Origin: Eledone cirrhosa
Lineage: Eukaryota
DNA length: 64,000 nucleotides
Direction: 5' to 3'
Assembly: GCA_964016885.1 (NCBI GenBank)
Contig: OZ024759.1
Span: forward strand, 7,812,001-7,876,000
The notes under the pieces were generated by a model. The model saw only the letters and a list, made by a program, of their open reading frames with translations, ran no database searches and was not told the DNA's origin. The translations under genes and the position numbers were made by a program. This document shows, piece after piece, positions 1-11,700 of this stretch. Position 1 is the stretch's first letter. The number at the start of each line of letters is the position of its first letter.

Positions 1-217
1 GTGACATTGTCGAGGTGTAGGTGAGCAAGGTCTTATCACCTCGTCCTATATAATACCCAATTCATATAACCAGAACATTCTCCAGAAATTTTTTTTTTTC
101 TAAAAAATGAAAAAAAATAATGGTATATAAAAATTTGTGGGTTGGTGGATTTTAAAATTAAATTTAATTAAATTTAATTAAATTTAATTTAGTACTAATA
201 ACCTATTTCTATTTCAG

Positions 218-344
218 ATCATCACAAGGCGTGACCCTTCCAGAATGTGGAAAATATGCCACAGGTCTCATATTTATGGATGACTCCGATGGACAAAAAG
301 CCCAGCAGATATTTGCTGCAATGGTGCAAGATTTTGGACTTCAG
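218..344 (+). CDS. GLT1: Glutamate synthase (NADH-GOGAT-like) internal exon A
   Basis: tttcag|A...CTTCAG|gtaaac; translates SSQGVTLPECGKYATGLIFMDDSDGQKAQQIFAAMVQDFGLQ, matching the LPxxGxYATG region of the GOGAT amidotransferase domain; phase joins exon B. Confidence 0.85.
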
Positions 345-390
345 GTAAACATTCTCTTTTTCATATACTAGAATTTTTATCCATATGATA

Positions 391-830
391 ATGCATGTGT
401 GTATATGTGTGTGTGTGCATATGTGTATATGTGCATATGCATACATTTATATGTATGAGTATATAAATATATATGTGTGCGTGTGTGGGTGCGTCTGTAT
501 GTATGTGTGTGTGTGCGTATGTGTATGTATGTGTGTGTGTGCGTATGTGTATGTGCATATGCATACATTTATATGTATGAGTATATAAATATATGTGTGT
601 GGGTGCGTCTGTGTATGTATGTGTGTGCGTATGTGTATGTGCATATGCATACATTTATATGTATGAGTATATACATATATATGTGTGTGTGTGTGTGGGT
701 GCGTCTGTGTATGTATGTGTGTGTGTGCGTATGTGTATATGTGCATATGCATACATTTATATGTATGAGTATATAAATATAAATGTGCAAACACAGCCAC
801 ACTTCCCCTTCCCTCCTTATACACACACAT
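391..830. repeat. Compound (TG)n/(TA)n microsatellite with imperfect longer-period repetition
   Basis: Recurring tgtgcatatgcatacatttatatgtatgagtatata blocks among TG/TA runs. Confidence 0.9.
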
Positions 831-951
831 ACATTCACGCAGGCAACAGATGTAAAGAGAGGGGAGTAGTATGAGGTGTGACAGAATTGCAGACATTTAT
901 ATATAGATGCTTCATTGCATTTTAATTGAAGCAGCATCATTATCATTATTG

Positions 952-1590
952 TCACCACCACCAACACCACCACCAACACCACCATCCCCAACACCTCCAC
1001 CATCAACACCACCAACACCACCACCAACACCACCACCAACACCACCACCAACACCACCACCAACACCACCGCCAACACCACCCTCAACACCACCACCATC
1101 AACACCACCAACACTACCACCAACACTACCACCAACACCACCACCAACACCACCATCAACACCACCATCAACACCATCAACACCACCATCAACACCACCA
1201 CCAACAACACCACCATCAACACCACCAACACCACCACCAACACCACCAACACTACCACCAACACTACCACCAACACCACCACCAACACCACCATCAACAC
1301 CACCATCAACACCATCAACACCACCATCCCCAACACCTCCACCATCAACACCACCAACACCACCATCAACACCACCACCAACACCACCACCAACACCACC
1401 ATCAACACCACCATCCCCAACACCTCCACCAACACTACCATGAACACCACCATCAACACTACCATCAACACCATTACCAACACCACCATCACCAACACCA
1501 CCATCAACACCACCACCACCACCACCAACACCACCACCAACACCACCATCAACACCACCAACAACACCACCAACACCACCATTGTCACCA
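952..1590. repeat. (CCA/ACA)n trinucleotide-type microsatellite
   Basis: Continuous caccaccaaca/caccatcaaca units. Confidence 0.95.
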
Positions 1591-1693
1591 TGGAACAGGT
1601 TAGACAAGACAGAGAGAGAACCTCATCTTGTCCATATTTGGCTTGGCTGCTATTGGTAACAAGAGCTGGATGAGTTGTCACGGATGTTGTTGA

Positions 1694-4600
1694 TGACTTA
1701 ACCAGAGCTACTGATCTCTCAGACAGGCCTTGCTGGGTGGGGTCTATTTCTACAGATCTTGTCAGTGACTTAACCAGCGCTACTGATCTCTCAGACAGGC
1801 CTTACTGGGTGGGGTCTATTTCTACAGATCTTGTCAGTGACTTAACCAGAGCTACTGATCTCTCAGACAGGCCTTGCTGGGTGGGGTCTATTTCTACAGA
1901 TCTTGTCAGTGACTTAACTAGAGCTACTGATCTTTCAGTCAACTCCGCAGTGGTGGGGTCTATTTCTACAGATCTTGTCAGTGACTTAACTAGAGCTACT
2001 GATCTTTCAGTCAACTCCGCAGTGGTGGGGTCTATTTCTACAGATCTTGTCATTGACTTAACCAGAGCTACTGATCTTTCAGTCAACTCCGCAGTGGTGG
2101 GGTCTATTTCTACAGATCTTGTCAATACTTAACCAGAGCTACTGATCTTTCAGTCAACCCCTCAGTGGTGGGGTCTATTTCTACAGATCTTGTCAGTGAC
2201 TTAACCAGAGCTACTGATCTTTCAGTCAACTCCACAGTGGTGGGGTCTATTTCTACAGATCTTGTCAGTGACTTAACCAGAGCTACTGATCCTTCAGTCA
2301 ACCCAGCAGAGGTGGGGTCTATTTCTACAGATCTTGTCAGTGACTTAACCAGAGCTACTGATCTTTCAGTCAACCCCTCAGTGGTGGGGTCTATTTCTAC
2401 AGATCTTGTCAGTGACTTAACCAGAGCTACTGATCTTTCAGTCAACTCCACAGTGGTGGGGTCTATTTCTACAGATCTTGTCAGTGACTTAACCAGAGCT
2501 ACTGATCTTTCAGTCAACCCCTCAGTGGTGGGGTCTATTTCTACAGATCTTGTCAGTGACTTAACCAGAGCTACTGATCTTTCAGTCAACCCCTCAGTGG
2601 TGGGGTCTATTTCTACAGATCTTGTCAGTGACTTAACCAGAGCTACTGATCTTTCAGTCAACTCCACAGTGGTGGGGTCTATTTCTACAGATCTTGTCAG
2701 TGACTTAACCAGAGCTACTGATCTTTCAGTCAACCCCTCAGTGGTGGGGTCTATTTCTACAGATCTTGTCAGTGACTTAACCAGAGCTACTGATCTTTCA
2801 GTCAACCCCTCAGTGGTGGGGTCTATTTCTACAGATCTTGTCAGTGACTTAACCAGAGCTACTGATCTTTCAGTCAACCCCTCAGTGGTGGGGTCTATTT
2901 CTACAGATCTTGTCAGTGACTTAACCAGAGCTACTGATCTTTCAGTCAACCCCTCAGTGGTGGGGTCTATTTCTACATATCTTGTCAGTGACTTAACCAG
3001 AGCTACTGATCTTTCAGTCAACTCCGCAGTGGTGGGGTCTATTTCTACAGATCTTGTCAGTGACTTAACCAGAGCTACTGATCCTTCAGTCAACTCCGCA
3101 GTGGTGGGGTCTATTTCTACAGATCTTGTCAGTGACTTAACCAGAGCTACTGATCTTTCAGTCAACTCTGCAGTGGTGGGGTCTATTTCTACAGATCTTG
3201 TCAGTGACTTAACCAGAGCTACTGATCCTTCAGTCAACTCCGCAGTGGTGGGGTCTATTTCTACAGATCTTGTCAGTGACTTAACCAGAGCTACTGATTT
3301 TCAGTCAACTCCGCAGTGGTGGGGTCTATTTCTACAGATCTTGTCAGTGACTTAACCAGAGCTACTGATCCTTCAGTCAACTCCGCAGTTGTGGGGTCTA
3401 TTTCTACAGATCTTGTCAGTGACTTAACCAGAGCTACTGATCTTTCAGTCAACCCCGCAGTGGTGGGGTCTATTTCTACAGATCTTGTCAGTGACTTAAC
3501 CAGAGTTATTGATCTTTCAGTCAACCCCTCAGTGGTGGGGTCTATTTCTACAGATCTTGTCAGTGACTTAACCAGAGCTACTGATCTTTCAGTCAACTCC
3601 GCAGTGGTTGGGTCTATTTCTACAGATCTTGTCAGTGACTTAACCAGAGCTACTGATCTTTCAGTCAACTCCGCAGTGGTGGGGTCTATTTCTACAGATC
3701 TTGTCAGTGACTTAACCAGAGCTACTGATCTTTCAGTCAACCCCTCAGTGGTGGGGTCTATTTCTACAGATCTTGTCAGTGACTTAACCAGAGCTACTGA
3801 TCTTTCAGTCAACCCCTCAGTGGTGGGGTCTATTTCTACAGATCTTGTCAGTGACTTAACCAGAGCTACTGATCTTTCAGTCAACCCCTCAGTGGTGGGG
3901 TCTATTTCTACAGATCTTGTCAGTGACTTAACCAGAGCTACTGATCTTTCAGTCAACCCCTCAGTGGTGGGGTCTATTTCTACAGATCTTGTCAGTGACT
4001 TAACCAGAGCTACTGATCTTTCAGTCAACTCCACAGTGGTGGGGTCTATTTCTACAGATCTTGTCAGTGACTTAACCAGAGCTACTGATCCTTCAGTCAA
4101 CCCAGCAGAGGTGGGGTCTATTTCTACAGATCTTGTCAGTGACTTAACCAGAGCTACTGATCTTTCAGTCAACCCAGCAGAGGTGGGGTCTATTTCTACA
4201 GATCTTGTCAGTGACTTAACCAGAGCTACTGATCTTTCAGTCAACTCCGCAGTGGTGGGGTCTATTTCTACAGATCTTGTCAGTGACTTAACCAGAGCTA
4301 CTGATCTTTCAGTCAACCCCTCAGTGGTGGGGTCTATTTCTACAGATCTTGTCAGTGACTTAACCAGAGCTACTGATCTTTCAGTCAACCCCTCAGTGGT
4401 GGGGTCTATTTCTACAGATCTTGTCAGTGACTTAACCAGAGCTACTGATCTTTCAGTCAACTCCACAGTGGTGGGGTCTATTTCTACAGATCTTGTCAGT
4501 GACTTAACCAGAGCTACTGATCCTTCAGTCAACCCAGCAGAGGTGGGATCTATTTCTACAGATCTTGTCAATGACTTAACCAGAGCTACTGATCTTTCAG

Positions 4601-5149
4601 TCAACCCAGCAGAGGTGGGGTCTATTTCTACAGATCTTGTCAGTGACTTAACCAGAGCTACTGATCTTTCAGTCAACTCCGCAGTGGTGGGGTCTATTTC
4701 TACAGATCTTGTCAGTGACTTAACCAGAGCTACTGATCTTTCAGTCAACTCCACAGTGGTGGGGTCTATTTCTACAGATCTTGTCAGTGACTTAACCAGA
4801 GCTACTGATCTTTCAGTCAACCCCTCAGTGGTGGGGTCTATTTCTACAGATCTTGTCAGTGACTTAACCAGAGCTACTGATCTTTCAGTCAACCCCTCAG
4901 TGGTGGGGTCTATTTCTACAGATCTTGTCAGTGACTTAACCAGAGCTACTGATCTTTCAGTCAACCCCGCACTGGTGGGGTCTATTTCTACAGATCTTGT
5001 CAATGACTTAACCAGAGCTACCCATCTCTCAGACAGTCCTTCGGGTGGTGGGAACCATTTCTACAGAACTTATCAGTACTCAATCAGAGCTACTGATCTT
5101 TCAGACAGTCCTACGATGGTGGGGACTATTTCTACAGATCTAGTCAGTA
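1694..5149. repeat. 72-bp tandem minisatellite, about 47-48 copies
   Basis: Unit gtgacttaaccagagctactgatctttcagtcaactccgcagtggtggggtctatttctacagatcttgtca; terminal copies are more diverged. Confidence 0.97.
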
Positions 5150-5795
5150 CATTTAAACCGGCCATATCCGGCCAAAATTCTCTCCCCTCTTTCTTTTCAA
5201 ACTAGCCGTAACCGGCCATACATACTGACATTAAGGGCAGTGGATTGGCAGTATCGTTAGAGAGTCGGACACCATGCTCTGAAGCATAGAGTTACGTCCC
5301 TTTATGGTCTCTGAGTTCAAATCCCGTCGAGGTTAACTTTGTCTTTCATCCTTACGGGGGTCGATAAAATAAAGTACCAGTAATACACTGGGGTATTGCT
5401 TGCCTTGTGCCAAAAGTAGAAACAATTATTACAGGGTCGATAAAATAAAGTACCAGTAATACACTGGGGTATTGCTGGCCTTGTGCCAAAAGTAGAAACA
5501 ATTATTACAGGGTCGATAAAATAAAGTACCAGTAATACACTGGGGTATTGCTGGCCTTATGCCAATAGTAGAAACAATTATTACAGGGTCGATAAAATAA
5601 AGTACCAGTAATACACTGGGGTATTGCTGGCCTTGTGCCAATAGTAGAAACAATTGAGGTATTGTTCTCAAAATAAATAACATCATCAAAATCTCATAGA
5701 TTCTATATTATGTCAGATAGAACCCCTTGATTATGTCAGATAGAACCCTTACCATGAAATATAATAGTAGAGTAATGTAAATACTAAAGGGTTAA
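5150..5795 (+). mobile_element. TTAA-ended MITE (piggyBac-like termini), 5' end clipped, interrupted by a SINE
   Basis: Colinear with the copy at 19553-19783; ends taaatactaaagggttaa. Confidence 0.7.
5235..5655 (+). mobile_element. tRNA-derived SINE (Nin/Deu-like central domain) with a 76-bp 3' part repeated 4 times
   Basis: A-box-like tggcagtatcgttag, B-box gagttcaaatcc, ctttcatccttacgggggtcgataaaataaagtaccag; homologous to 25696-25881 and 53416-53597. Confidence 0.8.
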
Positions 5796-6388
5796 CCAGA
5801 GCTACCCCTCTCTCAGACACGTCTTGAAGGTGGGGATCATTTCTATACACCTTAGTACTTAATCAGAGCTACTGATCTTCCAGATAGGTCAGCTGGGGAG
5901 TGGCCTGTTTATACAGACCTTGTCAGTAATTAATCAGGGGTAGGATCTTTCAGACAGCCCCAGGGTGGTGGGGACAATTTATACAGACCTTGTCAGTAAT
6001 TAATCAGGGCTAGGATCTTTCAGACAGCCCCAGGGTGGTGGGGACAATTTATACAGATCTTGTCAGTAATTAATCAGGACTAGGATCTTTCAGACAGCCC
6101 ATTGGTGGTGGGGACAATTTATACAGACCTTGTCAGTAATTAATCAGAGCTAGGATCTTTCAGACAGCCCCAGGGTGGTGGGGACAATTTATGCAGACCT
6201 TGTCAGTAATTAATCAGAGCTAGGATCTTTCAGACAGCCCCAGGGTGGTGGGGACAATTTATACAGACCTTGTCAGTAATTAATCAGAGCTAGGATCTTT
6301 CAGACAGCCCCAGGGTGGTGGGGACAATTTATACAGACCTTGTCAGTAATTAATCAGAGCTAGGATCTTTCAGACAGCCCATTGGTGG
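5793..6388. repeat. 70-bp tandem repeat, diverged relative of the 72-bp array
   Basis: Unit cttgtcagtaattaatcagagctaggatctttcagacagccccagggtggtggggacaatttatacagac, about 8 copies. Confidence 0.9.
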
Positions 6389-6611
6389 AGACCAAAGCGT
6401 TTCTTGCTTACATAGTCCCCTCCTTTTATCCTACAATTAATAGGAGTATCCACTCTAAAAATCATGCTAAAAGGTGTTTCTAGAATCCTTTGGTTGTGTC
6501 AACAACCACAACAACCTCATTTGTGCTGGGGCCATGATTAAATACACCCAGTACTCTCTGTAATATGCAGAAACATAGGTACAACATGTATGTGTGTGTG
6601 TATATACGGAC

Positions 6612-6990
6612 ATCTTCATCATCATCAATGTTTAACGTCCATCTTCCATGCTTGCATGGGTTTGGACAGGAGTTTTCCCACTTGAGGCAAGATTGGTCGA
6701 CTTGTTCGTATAGGACTGTCTGGCGGGTTTTCTACGGCTGGATGCCCTTCCTAACACCAACCACGTTTACAGTGTGGACTGGGAGGTTTTTACCGTGTTA
6801 CCTCCACGGCCACATTGCGGCGTGGACTGTGTGTTTTTTTGTCGTGACACCTACACGACCTCTTTTGTTTAGGACTGGAGGCTGTGGTTCCAACATAACT
6901 TTACATTGAAAGGGGTGGTGTGGATGGGGTGGGGGTAGTGGGACAGGGGTGTATTTTGTTAGAGGTGCCTACTGACTGTAGGTTTCACTT
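6612..6990 (-). mobile_element. RTE LINE 3' UTR fragment
   Basis: Reverse complement of 35160-35546, including the (GAT)n tail. Confidence 0.85.
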
Positions 6991-7221
6991 TATATATGTA
7001 TATGTTTATGTGTGCATGCATATATATATATCGTAAAACGGTGATGATGATAATGATGATATATATATTATAAAGTGTGAGGACCCCGACAGCTGAGCCC
7101 ATGCCATTTTAATAGCTGTCGGGGACCTGACTCTTTATAATATAGTCTGATACCCCAAATATCAAGTATTCTGTTGAGTAATGGTCTCACCAGTTTCAAA
7201 CTGAATCCATCCTAATTTATA

Positions 7222-8610
7222 TCATCGTCATCATCATCATTTAATGTCCAACTTCCACGCTACCATGAGTTGTACGGGTTTGTTCCACTTGATGCGGGAT
7301 TGATCAGGTGACTGTGTCTCACTCGTACAGAACTGTCCCTCGCAGGTTTTCTATGGCTAGATGCCCTTCCTAACACCAACCACCTTTACAGTGTGGACTG
7401 GGAGCCTTTTTACCGTGTCTCCTACACGACCACCTTACAGTGTGGACTGGGAGCCTTTTGTTGTGTCACCGACACGACCACTTTACAGTGTGGACTGGGT
7501 GCTTTTGGTTGTGTCACCAACACGACCACTTTACAGTGGACGGAAATGGGGGGATGGGGTAGGGTGTGTGGGGTGGTTTAGAGGTCCCTACTGACTGTAG
7601 GTTTGTATGCAAGGGAAGGCAGGTCTTCTGTACAACTGTGTAGCGTCAAAGAGAGAGAGAGAGAGGTATAATCTTAAAGCACTTGGCGCTGTGGTTGGGA
7701 TTTTCCATATCTCTATACCCACCCTGCATCTCCCCATATAATGTACACAATGTAAATCCTGGGTACACAAGAGATCTACTGGGGTAATGAGTAAGCTAAC
7801 GGGAAGGGAAGACTTTGTTTGCAGAGGATGCACTGGAGTAACTAAGGGGAAGATAACCAGTGGTTGATATCTTCTGTTATCTTGGCAATATAATTAGCAA
7901 TGGAGGAGGGTGCTGTGAGAGCATAATAGCTTGAATAAGGATAAGATGGAAGAAGTTTGGAGAGCTACTCCCATTGTTGACCTCAAAAGTCTCTCCCTAT
8001 ATACAAAAGGACGACTGTATGACACCTGTGTGTGCAGAGTGAGATGCTGCATGGTAGTGAAACATTGGCTGTGACTGCAAAGGACATGTGGTGCTGCATG
8101 GTAGTGAAACATGGGCTGTGACTGCAGAGGACATGTGGTGCTGCATGGTAATGAAACATTGGCTGTGACTGCAGAGGACATGTGGTGCTGCATGGTAATG
8201 AAACATGGGCTGTGACTGCAGAGGACATGTGGTGCTGCATGGTAATGAAACATGGGCTGTGACTGCAGAGGACATGTGGTGCTGCATGGTAATGAAACAT
8301 TGGCTGTGACTGCAGAGGACATGTGGTGCTGCATGGTAGTGAAACATTGGCTGTGACTGCAGAGGACATGTGATGCTGCATGGTAGTGAAACATTGGCTG
8401 TGACTGCAGAGGGCATGTGGTGTTGCAGGGAGAAACCCTTCTTTGTCAACAAAGGAAGCAGCTCCCTAAACTTCTTCCAACCTGTCCTTATTCTAGATAC
8501 TATGGCCTTGGAACACCCCCCTCCCATGCTAACCTGATCACTTAGGTACCGGAAGCTATCAACCACTTCTATAGAACCCACCTGCATTTGACAAATGTGT
8601 CAATCACTGC
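7222..8610. mobile_element. Rearranged, decayed RTE fragments in both orientations
   Basis: Minus-strand 3' tail 7222-7720; plus-strand RT/PHD remnants 7720-8427; minus-strand VVDSFRYL..GWKKFRELLPLL at 8428-8600. Confidence 0.75.
8046..8427. repeat. 47-bp minisatellite derived from RTE RT coding sequence, about 8 copies
   Basis: Unit gctgcatggtagtgaaacattggctgtgactgcagaggacatgtggt = LHGSET(W/L)AVTAEDM motif; compare 52849-52895. Confidence 0.9.
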
Positions 8611-8784
8611 GATTATATATATATATGTTAGGTTATATTGGCGTTTACCAATATATATCCTGGTAAAGATTATAGAAGCTCAATGGTAATCAGTATCCTT
8701 GGTCAATCAGTAACCCCAAAAGGTGGAATGATTTTTCAACCTCTGTAGATTACGTTATGGACTGTTATGGCAGTACAGTGCACC

Positions 8785-11700
8785 CTACATGTGAATGGAG
8801 TTCCAGTGAAGCAGGTGGAGAAGTTCAAGAACCTCGGGGCCGTGTTCACGAGTGATGGAAGGTAGGAGGCTGAATTAAGTGCAAGAAATGCAGGAGTTGG
8901 TGCAGTAATGCGCCAACTTCAGGAATCAGAAGAAGGGGGTAGGTGTAAAAGCCAAACTCGCTGTCTTCCTGGTATTCCTGCCAACTCTTACCTATGGTCA
9001 TGAATCTTGGGTAATGACCGAAAGAATGCAATTTTGAATAGAAGTGGCCGAAATGGGGTTTCTCCTAATGATCTATGGAGTAACGTTACTTAATAGAGTG
9101 CGTAGCTCTGAGACCAGAGAGTCACTCCAGGTAGAGTCGCTACTTCTCTGGATTGAGAGATCACAGCTCTGATATTATGAGCATGTGGTTAGAATGTCTC
9201 AGGAAAGAATCTCTGGATTGAGAGATCACAACTCTGATACTAAGGACATGTGGTTAGAATGTCTCAGTAAAGAATCTCTGGATTGAGAGATCACAACTCT
9301 GATACTACAGACATGTGGTTAGAATGTCTCAGTAAAGAATCTCTGGATTGAGAGATCACAACTCTGATACTAAGGACATGTGGTTAGAATGTCTCAGTAA
9401 AGAATCTCTGGATTGAGAGATCACAACTCTGATACTAAGGACATGTGGTTAGAATGTCTCAGTAAAGAATCTCTGGATTGAGTGATCACAGCTCTGATAC
9501 TAAGGACATGTGGTTAGAATGTCTCAGTAAAGAATCTCTGGATTGAGTGATCACAACTCTGATACTAAGGACATGTGGTTAGAATGTCTCAGTAAAGAAT
9601 CTCTGGATTGAGTGATCACAGCTCTGATACTAAGGACATGTGGTTAGAATGTCTCAGTAAAGAATCTCTGGATTGAGAGATCACAGCTCTGATACTAAGG
9701 ACATGTGGTTAGAATGTCTCAGTAAAGAGTCTCTGGATTGAGTGATCACAGCTCTGATACTAAGGACATGTGGTTAGAATGTCTCAGTAAAGAATCTCTG
9801 GATTGAGAGATCACAGCTCTGATACTAAGGACATGTGGTTAGAATGTCTCAGTAAAGAGTCTCTGGATTGAGTGATCACAGCTTCGATACTAAGGACATG
9901 TGGTTAGAATGTCTCAGGAAAGAATCTCTGGATTGAGTGATCACAGCTCTGATACTAAGGACATGTGGTTAGAATGTCTCGGGAAAGAATCTCTGAATTG
10001 AGAGATCACAACTCTGATACTAAGGACATGTGATTAGAATGTCTCAGTAAAGAATCTCTGGATTGAGAGATCACAGCTCTGATACTAAGGACATGTGGTT
10101 AGAATGTCTCAGTAAAGAGTCTCTGGATTGAGTGATCACAGCTTCGATACTAAGGACATGTGGTTAGAATGTCTCAGGAAAGAATCTCTGGATTGAGTGA
10201 TCACAGCTCTGATACTAAGGACATGTGGTTAGAATGTCTCGGGAAAGAATCTCTGAATTGAGAGATCACAACTCTGATACTAAGGACATGTGGTAAGAAT
10301 GTCTCAGTAAAGAATCTCTGAATTGAGTGATCACAGCTCTGATACTAAGGACATGTGGTTAGAATGTCTCAGTAAAGAATCTCTGGATTGAGTGATCACA
10401 GCTCTGATACTAAGGACATGTGGTTAGAATGTCTCAGTAAAGAATCTCTGGATTGAGTGATCACAACTCTGATACTACAGACATGTGGTTAGAATGTCTC
10501 AGTAAAGAATCTCTGGATTGAGTGATCACAACTCTGATACTACAGACATGTGGTTAGAATGTCTCAGTAAAGAATCTCTGGATTGAGAGATCACAACTCT
10601 GATACTACAGACATGTGGTTAGAATGTCTCAGTAAAGAATCTCTGGATTGAGTGATCACAACTCTGATACTACAGACATGTGGTTAGAATGTCTCAGTAA
10701 AGAATCTCTGGATTGAGAGATCACAACTCTGATACTACAGACATGTGGTTAGAATGTCTCAGTAAAGAATCTCTGGATTGAGTGATCACAGCTCTGATAC
10801 TAAGGACATGTGGTTAGAATGTCTCAGTAAAGAATCTCTGGATTGAGAGATCACAGCTCTGATACTAAGGACATGTGGTTAGAATGTCTCAGTAAATAAT
10901 CTCTGGATTGAGAGATCACAGCTCTGATACTAAGGACATGTGGTTAGAATGTCTCAGTAAAGAATCTCTGGATTGAGTGATCACAGCTCTGATACTAAGG
11001 ACATGTGGTTAGAATGTCTCAGTAAAGAATCTCTGGATTGAGAGATCACAGCTCTGATACTAAGGACATGTGGTTAGAATGTCTCGGGAAAGAATCTCTG
11101 AATTGAGAGATCACAACTCTGATACTAAGGACATGTGGTTAGAATGTCTCAGTAAAGAATCTCTGGATTGAGTGATCACAGCTCTGATACTAAGAACATG
11201 TGGTTAGAATGTCTCAGTAAAGAATCTCTGGATTGAGTGATCACAGCTCTGATACTAAGGACATGTGGTTAGAATGTCTCAGGAAAGAATCTCTGAATTG
11301 AGAGATCACAACTCTGATACTAAGGACATGTGGTTAGAATGTCTCAGTAAAGAATCTCTGGATTGAGTGATCACAGCTCTGATACTAAGGACATGTGGTT
11401 AGAATGTCTCAGTAAAGAATCTCTGGATTGAGTGATCACAACGCTGATACTAAGGACATGTGGTTAGAATGTCTCAGTAAAGAATCTCTGGATTGAGTGA
11501 TCACAACTCTGATACTACAGACATGTGGTTAGAATGTCTCAGTAAAGAATCTCTGGATTGAGTGATCACAACTCTGATACTACAGACATGTGGTTAGAAT
11601 ATCTCAGTAAAGAATCTCTGGATTGAGTGATCACAACTCTGATACTACAGACATGTGGTTAGAATGTCTCAGTAAAGAATCTCTGGATTGAGTGATCACA

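Noticed and set aside
907-5205. Long Pro/Thr-, His-, Val- or Ser/Thr-rich ORFs as mucin- or extensin-like genes
   Set aside because: They are translations of tandem repeats with unit lengths divisible by 3, open on both strands, broken by indels and lying in an intron.
7065-7144. Short hairpin (about 30-bp arms) as a miRNA or MITE
   Set aside because: Single copy in the window with no further support; it cannot be classified from sequence alone.
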